From NCBI RefSeq assembly GCF_030028105.1, contig NC_092374.1, positions 174,988,057 through 175,052,056 on the forward strand: a stretch of DNA of 64,000 bases, read 5' to 3'. The DNA comes from Mobula birostris (lineage: Eukaryota). The notes under the pieces are model-generated. The model was not told where the DNA came from and ran no database searches. It saw only the letters and a program-made list of their open reading frames with translations. A program made the translations under genes and the position numbers. The stretch's first letter is position 1; the number at the start of each line of letters is the position of its first letter. This document shows positions 12,560 through 24,959 of the stretch, in pieces.

Positions 12560-12680
12560 GTTTTGTGCAACACACATCAAAGTTGCTGGTGAACGCAGCA
12601 GGCCAGGCAGCATCTGTAGGAAGAGGTGCAGTCGACGTTTCAGGCTGAGACCCTTCATCAGGACTAACTGAAGGAAGAGT
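12560..12680 (-). mobile_element. Penelope-like terminal fragment with intact hammerhead ribozyme core (12630-12665)
   Basis: The minus strand reads AGTC-CTGATGA-AGGGTCTCAGCCT-GAAA-CGTC-GACT. Confidence 0.7.
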
Positions 12681-13331
12681 GAGTCAGGTTTGCAGACGAT
12701 ACAAAGATAAATGGAGGGGTGTTTACTGTTGCGGAAGCAGGGAGTCTGCAGAAGGATGTAGACAGATTAAGGGAATGGGCAAGGAAATGATAGATGGGAT
12801 ATAGTGTAGGGAAATTTACGGTCATTTACGGCACTTTGTTAGAAGAAATTAAGGCATAGTCTAGGAACTTGTAGCTTTCGACCCTCTTGACCTCAGCACC
12901 ACTGGTGTAGACAAGACTATATGCACTGACCTCCTTTCTGAAGGAGATGTTGAGAATGGATGTAAGTGTGGGTATAAATGCCACTAGCAAACTAACATGC
13001 AGGGATCACAGAGACATCATCCATTCAGACAAAATTACAGAAAACAATATAGGAAAACTAACAAGAGCCAAGATAACTTCTACAGAATCTCGATGAACTC
13101 AAATGCCTACTGATACAGAGAAGAGCTTGGTCAGAGTTTCACCCGACAAAGAACAATGACCGAACCAAGTGGGGTTGGTATGGCCCCCTGAAATATACCC
13201 TGGGGCGCAGAGGAATTTAGGCTCAAACCGAAAACAAATGCCCAAAGCAACAATTCTCAAAGTCAACAACTACAATACAGAACATTGAAATGTTGTGCTA
13301 ATTAAATTATCTCTCATCAAATACTGGCGAT

Positions 13332-14129
13332 TGTGACACCAAACCAAGCTATTGGACGATTGATGCTAATGAGAGAGATAAGAGAGACAATGGAGAAATT
13401 CTCAAAATACTAATAAGAGAAGAGAGAGGGATTAACAGAAAAGAAACACAATTGACATATTGACAGACCGGTTGCTTTGAACCTGAACTGTTTGAAGTTT
13501 GATGGACAGGCGATACCCCAGCAGGGGGATAAAAAACAGGTTCGCTAAGGCACGGGACACCACGAGACAGCAAGACCCTGAAAAGAGCGGTGTGCCCCCA
13601 CAAGTTGGTGCGAGTTTGGAGGTCTGATTCGCGGGAACCGACCGTAGGCTCACAGGGTGTAAAGGTACGATTGATGGGAACCTGGTGTGTGTGTCCGCCC
13701 TTGCCTGGGTGCCGGGTTCACCACAGAAGAACGATCGTATCCGGAACGGAGGGGTCACAGTTGGTGACCACAGCGGGATAGAAGACATCAAAGGTCTGCC
13801 TGAACCAAATTGCATCCCCCCCCTCTCTCTCTCTCCCCAACTGCACAACAGCGATTACTGCGAACTGTACTAAGCTGAACTGAACTCTGCATCACTTAAG
13901 ACTGATCATTTTACCCCTAGACTGCGATAGAGCTTGGTTTGATTCCTATTACCCTAGTTCTGTGTATAGGTGTGTATTATCATTGTTAACCTGCTGCATT
14001 TATATCCTTATGATTAGAGTACTGTGTTATTTATTTCTTTAATAAAACTTTATTAGTTCCTAGTAATCCAGACTTCAACAAGTGGTCCATTTCTGCTGGT
14101 TTGGCAACCCAGTTACGGGGTATGTAACA
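13332..14129. mobile_element. Solo LTR (798 bp)
   Basis: Begins TG (tgtgacacc) and ends CA (gtaaca). Internal AATAAA at ~14041. Flanks cgat/ggat suggest an imperfect 4-bp TSD. Confidence 0.65.
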
Positions 14130-14498
14130 GGATAAATACAAAGAGCTTAAAAATCCCCATAATACCAAATGGGACACCAGCCAAACAGTGAAAAGGCAGA
14201 GCTAGTTCAAAGACAAACAATTAGACACAAAAGGTAAACAATCCAAGCACAACGCACAAAGTGACGCTGAGCAAATAGAGACCACATATCAACTAACAAA
14301 ACAAGGCATTTAAATGACCCCTGGTTGTGTCAATCCCCTCCACGCCACCCCCTCCCCCCGCCACCTTCTGAAGGCAACTCCTGGCAATCGGGGTGAACCC
14401 GATGAAAATTAGCAAGCACATCAGGATCCAAAATACCATGGACTGGAACCAAACTCCTTTCTTCCCGACCATACCCGACCCAATCGACTAAGTACTGG

Positions 14499-14803
14499 CA
14501 ACACACATCAAAGTTGCTGGTGAACGCAGCAGGCCAGGCAGCATCTCTAGGAAGAGGTACAGTTGACGTTTCGGGCTGAGAACCTTCGCCAGGGCTAACT
14601 GAAGGAAGAGCTAATAAGAGATCCCCCCCCTCCCCCTCTCAAATCTCTTACTAGCTCTTCCTTCAGTTAGTCCTGACGAAGAGCCTCAGCCCGAAACGTC
14701 GACTGTACCTCTTCCTAGAGATGCTGCCTGGTCTGCTGCATTCACCAGCAACTTTGATGTGTGTTGCTTGAATTTCCAGCATCTGCAGAATTCCTCCTGT
14801 TTA
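14499..14803. mobile_element. Palindromic Penelope-derived mini-element with 14-bp TSD
   Basis: Arms ~14499-14622 and ~14640-14766 are inverted copies. TSD cgactaagtactgg at 14485-14498 and 14804-14817. Confidence 0.85.
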
Positions 14804-15927
14804 CGACTAAGTACTGGAACTGCCCTTTATCTTGCCGGGAATCCAGCAGTCTGTGGACAGTGTAAACAGGTTCTCTGTCTACGATTCTAGGAGGGGAGGT
14901 TTAAGAGTAGGAGCTGAAGGACTACAGAGTAGGGATTTAAGTTTAGAGATGAGAATTGTGGGATGGATTTGGAGAGAACTGGGAAGCTGTTATCTATAAC
15001 TTAGAGGATTGACCTTCTTAACAATCCTAAAGGCCCAATGAAGTGAGGCGCTAGCTTCCACTATTCAGTTTCAAGGGGGAGCTCGCGGGTCGAAAGCCAA
15101 ACCGGCTGACCCACACGGAAAGATTGACTGCTTCCTGTTGTCACAAAACTGTTGCCTCGCCAAAGCAAAGACCAAAGGCCTCTTGGCTTGAAGCTGTGTA
15201 CAGTGCTCGATAAACTATTTAGCAGATGGGACACCAACTTTCACCTTCTGTTTGGGAAAGAGAAGAGGCTTAAAGCCAAATTTAAATTCAAAATTGAAAA
15301 CAAGAATAAAAGCTCCAACAAGTTTATTTTTTCCACCCACAAACGAATGGTCAGACCAAGAGGACTTACCAAGATTTTGAAAGCACTCTTCGTTGCCTCG
15401 TTTCTGGCAACAAATCCTCTTGGAGTGACCATTTAATCTGAGCAAAGATTGCCCATAATGGACAGAAAAGTCCCAGGCTTGGAGAAATGAGCTGACATCC
15501 CTGTCAATACCATCCCATCAATCACATGTTTGTATGAATTTTGAGGTGCATGAAACCCCAGGGCAGGCTATTATTTCCAGATGTAGTCCCCCATTTGAAA
15601 TCCTCTGACATATGTTCGGGTGGCACAATACAAGTTTAATTTTTATCATCCGTCCAAACTACAAACAGATGCTCAGCCCATTCCAACCAGCAATGCCACT
15701 CTTCCAAGGACATTTTAACAGCCAACAACTCTCAATTGTCTATATCATAATTGGATTCGGCTGGTGACTGGTTGGAATCTCTGGAGGCAATTTGGAAGGC
15801 AACGGATATGGACGTCCAAAGAGGAAGATGTATTCCAAAGGAAAGATGACAAAACTGTGTCTGAGCCGTCGCAGGGTGATTGCAAAGCAGCCATGCGGGG
15901 CTCGGTTCCCGTCCCGGGGTGTCGAAG

Positions 15928-17240
15928 ATGGTGAAGGCTCGGTACCAGGGCCGCAGCTTGGCCAACCCATCCACCGCCAGCACCAACCCAGATCGGCCCA
16001 AAGATGGGGGAGGCCTCAAGAGGGATAGGGCAACTATTTGACGTCTGAATAGGTACAGCCAGAAGGAATGAAGAAACAACCATGGGAAGATTGTCAAGTC
16101 ACTGCAGTTCCAGTCAACAGTTACATCCGGCACCACATCTTGAGTGGAAACAAACATCAACTGGCTTGCTAACACTCAAGTCATAAAGCAGTCATCTCTG
16201 CAGCAATTCCAAGAAGAGATGGGCAGTGTTATGAAAGACCCTTATAGGGTAATTCTTAAAAAAAAAACAGCTTCCGATGTCTCTTCTGAATGACCGAATC
16301 ACACCTCCTAATTCAGAAGTACATATTCTGGATACAGAAACATTTGAAACAATCCAGTTGATTTCTTAGAGAAGCTTGTGTTCAGAACAGGAAAGCTTTT
16401 GAAGGGTGGAGAATCTGACATACAAACTGTGGCCAAAATGGTTTTGAATGATTGGCAAAGAGGGCGAATACCTTTTTATGTTAAACCGCCAGATGCTGAA
16501 GGCGACTCTCAGCCATTAACTATGTTAAAAGTGGAAAAAGAGCCAAACAAATCTGATCATGTGAAAGGGTTATCAGAAACAGCAATTGTTGAAAAAGAAC
16601 ATGAAAAAGCTGAAAATCCAATAGTACCACAAATAGTTGCATACGTAACGCAAAACTTTGGGGAAATCAACGTGGCGCCTGAATTTTCTGAGGCAGACCT
16701 TCTACCTGTGAACATTTCTTAAGATGAAGACGACATTTTGGATGAAGAAGAGGAAGAGGAGGAAGAGCAGGGTAACGAAGATAGTGATGGGAAAGAATCA
16801 ACTGGTGCTGAACTAAGTAAACTTCAGGAGGATAATCACCAGTGTGTGGACAAGCCAAAACAGACACTGCGGGATTTGGATGAAAAGATTGCAAAATACA
16901 GAAAGTTCTTGGATAAAGCCAAAGTAAAGAGATTCTCAGCTATAAGGATTCCTACGGGGCTCACCACAAAATTACTCACCCAAACAAGTCAAAAGACATC
17001 TGATCAAACACAGGAATCTACTGAAAATGGTGGTAGAAGAAAAAAAAGCTCAAGATGAATCAGAGAATGAAGAACCTCCTCCCAAACTTTCATTCAAAGA
17101 GAGGTGAAGGCTGGACCGTTTGTAGCACTCAAAGGTTGGGGGTGTCCGGTATTATGAAATGCACAATGTCAAGAACAAAAATAAAAATATAAAGAATCCT
17201 TCATCCAAATCACAGAAATGTAAAGAGAAATGATAACTTT
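15928..17240 (+). pseudogene. GNL2: GNL2 (nucleolar GTP-binding protein 2 / Nog2) processed pseudogene with large internal deletion
   Basis: MVKARYQGRS..NPSTASTNPDR at the start; VIKQSSLQQFQEEMGSVMKDPY; [11 protein letters not shown] joined directly to [45 protein letters not shown]; acidic tract; C-terminal GVRYYEMHNVKNKN. Intronless, with stops and frameshifts. Confidence 0.9.
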
Positions 17241-17289
17241 GAAGTAAAGAGACTTTCTCTTTTAAAAGATAGACTGTCTCTCAAGAGAA

Positions 17290-20040
17290 GTCAAAGCCAA
17301 CATGAAAGACACAGAGAGGGCATATAATAGAGCGAAAAATAGTGGGGAGTTAAAGGATTGGAAAGTTTTTAAAAACCACCAGAAGACAACTAAAAAGACC
17401 TTAAAAGGTGAAGATGGAATATGAAAGTAAGATAGTCAATAATATTAAATAGGACACCAAAAGTTTCTTCAGATACTTAAAATGTTAAAGAGAGGCAAGA
17501 GAGGATATCACACCGCTGGAAAACAATGCTGGAGAGGTAGTAATGGGGATGAACTGAGTAAGTATTTTAGAAACATAGAAAATAGGTGGAGTAGGCCATT
17601 CAGCCCTTCGAGCCTGCACCGCCATTTATTATGATCATGGCTGATCATCCAACTCAGAACCCTGCACGAGCCTTCCCTCCATACCCTCTGATCCCACTAG
17701 CCACAAGGGCCATATCTAACTCCCTCTTAATTATAGCCAATGAACTGGCCTCAACTGTTTCCTGTGGCAGAGAATTCCACAGATTCACCACTCTGTGTGA
17801 AGAAGTTTTTCCTAATCTCAGTCCTAAAAGGCTTTGCCTTTACCATCAAACTGTAACCCCTCGTTCTGGACTTCCCCAACATCGGGAACAATCTTCCTGC
17901 ATCTAGCCTGTCCAATCTCTTTAGGATTTTATACATTTCAATCAGATCCCCCCTCAATTTTTTAAACTCCAACGAGTACAAGCCTGGTTCATCCAGTCTT
18001 TCTTCATATGAAAGTCCTGCCATCCCAGGAATCAATCTGGTGAACCTTCTTTGTACTCCCTTTATGGCAAGGATGTCTTTCCTCAGATTAGGGGACCAAA
18101 ACTGCACACAATACTCCAGGTGTGGTCTCACCAAGGCCTTGTACAACTGCAGTAGTACCTCCCTGCTCCTGTACTCAAATCCTCTTGCTATAAATGCCAG
18201 CATACCATTCACCTTTTTCACCGCCTGCTGTACCTGCATGCCCACTTTCAATGACTGGTGTATAATGACACCCAGGTCTCGTTGCACCTCCCCTTTTCCT
18301 AATCAGCCACTATTCAGATAATAATCTGTTTTCCTATTTTTGCCACCAAAGTGGATAACTTCACATTTATCCACATTAAATTGCATCTGCCATGAATTTG
18401 CCCACTCACCCAACCTATCCAAGTCACCCTGCATCCTCTTAGCATCCTCCTCACAGCTAACACTGCCGCCCAGCTTCATGTCATCCGCAAACTTGGAGAT
18501 GCTGCATTTAATTCCCTCATCCAAGTCATTAATATATATTGTAAACAACTGGGGTCCCAGCACTGAGCCTTGCAGTACCCCACTAGTCACTGCCTGCCAT
18601 TCTGAAAAGGTCCCATTTATTCCCACTCTTTGCTTCCTGTCTGCCAACCCAATTCTCTATCCACATCAATACCTTACCCCCAATACCGTGTGCTTTAAGT
18701 TTGCACACTAATCTCCTATGTGGGACTTTGTCAAAAGCCTTTTGAAAATCCAAATATACCACATCCACTGGTTCTCCCCTATCCACTCTACTAGTTACAT
18801 CCTCAAAAAATTCTATGAGATTCGTCAGACATGATTTTCCTTTCACAAATCCATGCTGACTTTGTCCGATGATTTCACTGCTTTCCAAATGTGCTGTTAT
18901 CACATCTTTGATAACTGACTCTAGCATTTTCCCACCACTGACGTTAGGCTAACCGGTCCATAATTCCCTGGTTTCTCTCTTCCTCCTTTTTTGAAAAGTG
19001 GGGATTTTGCATCAGTCTTCATGATGGAGAAGCTAGTTCCAGCTGTCAGGGGTCATGAGGTGTGTGAAGTTACCATAACTAGAGAGAAGGTTCTTGGAAA
19101 GCTGAAAGGTCCAAAGGTAGATAAGTCATCTGGACCAGATGGTGTACACCCCAGGGTCATGAGAGGTGGGTGAAGAGATTGTGGAGGGATTAGTAATGCT
19201 CTTTCAAAAATCACTAGATTCTGGAATGGCTCTGGAAGACTGGAAAATTGCAAATGCCACTCCACTCTTCAAGTATGGAGAGAGGCACAAGAAATGAAAC
19301 TGTAGGTCAGTTCGTCTGATTTCAGTAGTGGGGAAGGTGTTGGAATCGATTATTAAGAATGAAGTCTCAGGGTTCTTGGAAGGACATGATAAAATAGGCA
19401 GAATTCAGTTCAATTTACTCAATAACAAGCTGGATAGAGAAAGGAGAATCGGTTGCTGTTGTGTACTTGGATTTTCGGAAAGCATTTGACGAGCTAGCAC
19501 ACAGGAGGCCTTTTAACAAGCTATGAGCCCATGGTGTTACAGCAAAGATTCTAGCGTGGATAAAACAATGGTTGATTGGCAGGAGGCAGAGTGGGAATGA
19601 AGGGAGCCTTTACTGGTTGGCAGCCGGTGTCCCACAAGGGTCCGTGTGGGAGCCGATAATTTTTACGCTATGTCAATGATTTGGATGATGGAATTGATGG
19701 TTTTGTTGCAAAGTTTGCAGATAATGTGAAGATAGGTGGAGGGGCAGGTAGTTTTGACGAAGTATAGGGGCTACGGAAGGACTTCGACAGATTAGGAGAG
19801 TGGGCAAAGAAATGGCCGATGGAATACTGTGTCGGGAAGTGTGTGATCACGCACTTTGGTAAAAGTTACAGGGTTGACTATTTTCTAGATGGAATGAAAG
19901 TACAATAAACACTGAGGCGCGAGGGGACTTGTGCAGGATTCCCGAAAGGTTAATTTGCAGGTTACGTCTGTGGTGAGGAAGACAAGTGCGATGTTAGCAT
20001 TCATTTCAAGAGAACAAGAATATAAAAGCACGGATGTAAT
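17290..20040 (+). mobile_element. CR1 LINE ORF2 fragment (host), interrupted by an antisense CR1
   Basis: EKVLGKLKGPKVDKSSGPDGVHPRV and further RT motifs, with many stops. Confidence 0.75.
17569..19002 (-). mobile_element. CR1 LINE 3' half (RT), relatively well preserved
   Basis: QHGFVKGKSCLTNLIEFFE..VDVVYLDFQKAFDKVPH; QGSVLGPQLFTIYINDLD; KFADD; VRPHLEYCVQFWSP. 3' tail (ttctatgtttct). atttt duplicated at 17564-17568 and 19003-19007. Confidence 0.9.
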
Positions 20041-20044
20041 GGCG

Positions 20045-21050
20045 TGGCCCATTTATCTTAGAAAGGATATACTGAAACTTGTGCGGCATCAGTTCGACAC
20101 AACTGTGTGACAAACCCGTGGCACAACCTGGGATCCGTCAAATCGCTCCGGAGCAGGCAGATTTCGGGAGCTGTTAGCACTCTCCCCGGGCTCGGTTTTC
20201 ACATCTTCCTCGAAAACGTAACCATCTCCTACAGCTGCTGCTCGTGCCTACTGACCATGGCTCTCTGCTTTGCCAGATCTGATCGCATATCGTACATTGC
20301 TGAGGTTATTTTTCTCGGTTCGGTCGTCACAGCGAACTCAAGTACAGGGATCACAGAGAAGTCAGCAATTCAGAAAAAAAACTAAAGATATATTACTGGA
20401 AATTAACTAGAGAAAAACTAACTGGAGCTAGGGTAACCTGTACAGAATTTGGACGAACTGAAATCACTGCAGAAACACAGAACTGAGCTGTCCGGAGTTG
20501 CTGTGATATTCACCCGGACATCAAGACGAGTTGTCCCGGTTCCAAACCGGCCAGGTGTTCGCACACCTTTCATCCGTGCTGGGTTCAGAATCGAGCTCGG
20601 AACTCGGCCTTGTAAGAAAAAAAAGACAAATGATGAAGAAACGACAAGGTTACCGTGCGAAGCGCCAAAAGGCGCAGACTGGAACAACACAGAAGAACTC
20701 AGTCTGAGTTTCACCTGACAGGGAACCACAACGAGAGAGCAAAGAGGAGTTGACATGCACCCCTCTAAAATACACACTGCAACACGTAGGAATTCAGGCC
20801 CAATCAGAAAACATCAGTGTCCAGACGAACCAAAACTCCCAAAGCCAACAACTACAAGACATTGAAAATACCGCGCCAATTAAATTCTCTAATCGAATAC
20901 AGGTGGTCAATGCAGAGATTAATTATCTCCATCATACCACACGAGGCACCTGCCAGATATAGTCCAAAGGCAAACAATTAAACACAAAAGGTAAACAGTA
21001 AGAGGACAACGCGTACCCACGGAGCGACTCTGAGCAAATGCGATCAGATT
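20045..21050 (-). mobile_element. Chromovirus 5' LTR-like sequence plus gag start
   Basis: Minus-strand NLPAPERFDGS (sushi-type gag motif) at ~20170-20130. The upstream block is visibly similar to 13030-13330 and 14130-14280 (e.g. caaa[g/a]caaacaatt[a/g]acacaaaaggtaaaca). Confidence 0.55.
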
Positions 21051-21759
21051 GTATATGGAAAAACAAGAATGAAGGAATATCTTGTGAGAAGAGAGAATGC
21101 CCTGGCACAAAAATGTATCTGTACAGATTTAGGAGACAGTATGCGGAAGGTTTCACCATTGGGATATTCTACAGATTGAAATGGTCCGGGAGAACGTTGA
21201 AAGACAATTACTCGGAAATTGCGGATACATGCAAGAGCTACAGACTATAGTTATTTGGTAACCTCACTGTTTGGGACATGCCCTCTTCTTCATACTAACA
21301 TCAGGTGGAAGCACTAAAGCCTGAAGACCCACGCTCATTAATTCAGGAGCAGCTCCTTCCCCTCCGCAATCAGATTTCTGAAAGCTCCATGAACACAATA
21401 TCATTATTCCTTTCCTTCCCAGAGTTTATTTGTTTTTTGTAAGTTACAATAATTGTCATTTTTTTTACTGCACTGTTGCTGTAAAATTACAAATTTCACA
21501 TCAGGTAAGTTAGTGATAATAAATTTCATTCTGTATCCGATCTCTGGGATGTGTCTGGCCGATTAAGGAAGCCTCTTTGCTGGATTTGGTTCTGGGGAAA
21601 GAGTTTGACCAAGTTTTGCATCTATCAGTCGGGAGCATCCAGTAACCAGCGATCGTAATATCATAAAGGGTTTGTGTACAAATGCGAAGGGACAACAGGA
21701 CACTCTGGAATTCAAATTGTCAATGCGACATAAGAATGACCCAGCCTAAGTAAATTGGA

Positions 21760-22700
21760 AACAAGACTTAGCAAAGAACCCGTCACTATATCAGTGCTAC
21801 ATCAGCTTCCATATCCAGCATATCATCTTCGTCATTTCCATCAGCTGCAGTGGAATACCACCTCGTCACACCTTCTCCTCATACTTCACTTTCGGCTTCC
21901 TGTAGGGACCACTCCCTTCATGACTCACTGGCCCACTCAACCCGTCCCTCTACAGGCGCCACAGGTGTCCCCATACCCTCTCTACCGCCACCATCTAGGG
22001 ACCTAAACACCCCTTCCAGGTGAATTTATATTCATCTTCACCACTTCCTAACTCCTCCACTGTTTTCAGTACTCCAGCCTGATTTACATCAGCGAGATCA
22101 AGGGGCAGCCATTTAGTAGGATCGTGTGTACTGTCCCCGCCATTTGCCTGTCCTTTCACCCTTTACGACCCAATGGTGTGTACATTCTACTTTCAGATTT
22201 CAGTTAGCAGTACCCTCTGTGTTTCCCTTTCCATTTCTGGTATTCTCTCTACCCTTGTTCACTCCCCCAGCCCCTTTATTCCACTTGTTACCCCAACCTC
22301 CCACACCACGACCGCACCGTGATCAGAGATGCCTATGCCTCTTCAGTTTTAAAAAATGGGTTTAAATACATCTATTTACTTGAGATTCTCCTTCCTTGGC
22401 CTACCCTTTCCATCTCCTCTGCCATCTGGATCCATCTGCTCATTACCCCTCCCCCTCTGGTTCTACCAGAGTCTGTCTCTGAACTCCATCGGTCCATTCG
22501 CTCGGCCCTCACCTGGTTCCACCCAACACCTACCATTCCCTGTCTCGCCACTTGGTTCACCTCTCTGGACTGGCTTTCCCCCCTCTGCACTCTCAATCCC
22601 ACGGCACTGACCATCCCTGTTCTTCCACGGATGCTTCTCGCGCTGAATTTATTTAGCAGCTTATCTACCTCCTTCAGTGTCTTCACTCACCTGTGGAGCC
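21760..22700. mobile_element. Degenerate Penelope-like fragments
   Basis: Decayed matches to the Penelope GIY-YIG and tail sequence seen intact at 28164-31909. Confidence 0.45.
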
Positions 22701-22879
22701 CCATCCACAGAGGAGGGGAAACAATAGTAGGAATAGCTTTATTCCTCCTTCCTGTGTCACCGGGGTTTGGTCCCCAGGGTCTGCTCCGGGAGCTGTAACC
22801 GCAGGACCCTGTCTTTCCCTCCCGTTCCTACGCTTTGGATTTTTTTCCTAAACTCTATTCAACCCGTCGTCCACACATA

Positions 22880-23141
22880 CAGCTATTTTTCTGATTGGAC
22901 GGATGCAGAAATTGGTAACTTTATTTCCGAGCGACTCAAACTTCAGTGACCACTCTCGTCCAGAGTCCAATGACACTAAGCAGAGGCAAATGATGAATGG
23001 CATCCCGCGGACCAATCAGCGTGCAGTTCGGACACCGCGCACAGTCCGCAGAAGGGAGTGATGAACCGAGTGCGATTGATACCAGACTGAGCCCGGGCGG
23101 AGGACTTGGGAACTCGAAACAGTTCTGATTGAGAGGGAGGA
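22880..23141 (+). promoter_or_regulatory. Putative MHC class I gene A promoter (CpG-rich; CCAAT/TGAC motifs)
   Basis: ccaatgac at 22967 and cgcggaccaatc at ~23006-23017; both motifs recur upstream of gene B. Confidence 0.55.
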
Positions 23142-23193
23142 ATGGTGTTGCGTCTACTACTGCTGGCCCTCCTGTGTGGAGGGGTCTCCGCAG
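23142..23193 (+). CDS. MHC class I gene A exon 1, signal peptide MVLRLLLLALLCGGVSA
   Basis: ATG, hydrophobic core, G|GTGAGT phase-1 donor; paralogous to the gene B leader. Confidence 0.85.
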
Positions 23194-24959
23194 GTGAGTG
23201 AAGAGGCAATGGTCAGCGGGACATTCAGCCCCCGGTCAGTAGGTGAGCGGATGGACACAGCGTGATCGTCCCTCGTCAAGATGTCAAGGTCCCACGCCAC
23301 CCAGCCTGAGCACAATGAGTATCAGTGTGGGGGTAGGAGGTTGATGTGGTGGGAGCCCCCCCCCCAGAGACGGCACACGGGAGGGGAAGTAGCGAGGGAA
23401 GTGCGGGGGGGGGATGGGTTAACCTCGGCACCTTCACTGACCTGGGATGGAGATGGGCAGAGGTCTGATTTATAGCACGGTATGGACGAGCCAGTTCAGT
23501 CCTCCGTCCCCATGCTGGAGAACTGCTTCCTCCCGACACGTTCATGACTGCGGTAAAGCTGTGCAGCGGGAATTTCCGCAGCTTGGCCCAAGAGGACAGT
23601 TCGGACTGGGCTGTGCGAAGCAGGTTAAATGTGTTACAGGAGTGTCAGTAAGTGAAGCACCTTGGCATTGTCAAGGCATCTGATCATCAGACGGGTGTAT
23701 GTACTGGCCAACGCTGACCACCGTATCAGAGATAGTGTACTTGTCCAATCCCTCCCTCCTTCCCACCCACTCGTTTTTCTCAGTTTCCCAGTTCTGGACC
23801 TGAAACATTAACTATGGTGCTGGCTCAGCTGTTCAGAAATTCCAGCGTTTTCCGTTTCTGATGTTGGAGGGACAATGTGGGTAAAATGGTGGAACGGAGG
23901 TGCAACTGACCAGAGGGGGTTGTGCATAGATATACAACATCCCTCCTATACCTTTCCCAATCAAGCCCAGCTGAATCCCATCACCCCTACTGGGGCAGGG
24001 GCCGCCGACTGCAGATCGCTAGAATCCTAGCCAGTCTTTCAAGTTGTCCCCAGGTGCAGCCCAGCAGGTGTCTTCTAATCGAAGATCCTTCCTCGTCCAG
24101 AGATGAAATCTTCGGAGTTTCTGTCGCTCTGGGTTTTTACGGAATGAGGCTGCAAGCACCGTGCCTCCTTTCTTTCTCAGCCGGTCCTGGAACCGTCCTT
24201 GCCGGATTTTTCCTACTCAAGTGTCCAATTGCCTCTTAAATGCAATGCTCGGGTTAGTCTGCCCCACATCCTCAAAGTTCAAATGTCAATGTACATTTAT
24301 AATCAAAGTTTGTATACGTTATACTTGCGGTTCGTCTCCTAACAGGCAGCCACGAAAATAAATAAAACCTAAAAGAACCCATCTGAAAAAGACTGTCGAA
24401 CACCCAATGTGCGGAGGGGGGAAAATCCTCGTGCAAACAATAGCTGCAAGCACATAGCATTCTGAAATGAAGTCCGCCAACAGAGCCCCGTAGTTCAGCG
24501 CAGAGCAGAGTCACGGAGCAGCGATATGAACCAGCCCCTCCTTTGCCCCAGGCCCCCTCACCCTGACCTCTTCAACCTACCGGGAGCCAAAATCAAATAT
24601 AGGGTTCAATCGCCTCGATACCGCGCCGCCAAGATTCGGACTGTAACCAATCTTTCCGATTCGGCCCTGTGCTTGTCTCCTTTCAAACAATCGAGTCCAG
24701 TCTCTCCAATCCGCTCTGGTGCCCCGACCGCGCCGCCTCAATTCGGCCGGTAACTGACCTTTGTAATTCGAAAGATCGATCTTCGGGTCTTCCCCGCTCT
24801 CGGTGACGGGCCCAACGCCTCGGTTCTGCCCACATCAGATTGCCTCCGAGTCCAAAGGGAAGTTACAGGCTATTACTTGCCAAAAATATTGTGATTAACA
24901 AAGTATTTAATTGTTTTCCTTGTCTTGTTATCCACCAGCCTGAAGTCGCCAAGTCATCA

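Larger units (their letters stand above)
12990..15740 (-). mobile_element. Chromovirus (sushi-like Gypsy) 3' portion: RNase H, integrase C-terminus, chromodomain, PPT and 3' LTR-like sequence
   Basis: [28 protein letters not shown] (RNase H, ~15730-15640); KLAPHFIGPFRIVKKVNPLSY..LP...IHPT (GPY/F motif); QYLV|DWVGYG.EE...[11 protein letters not shown] (chromodomain, split by an insertion); purine tract at ~14335-14362. Confidence 0.7.

Noticed and set aside
16738-17058. Acidic 106-aa ORF as an independent gene
   Set aside because: It is the C-terminal part of the disabled GNL2 retrocopy.
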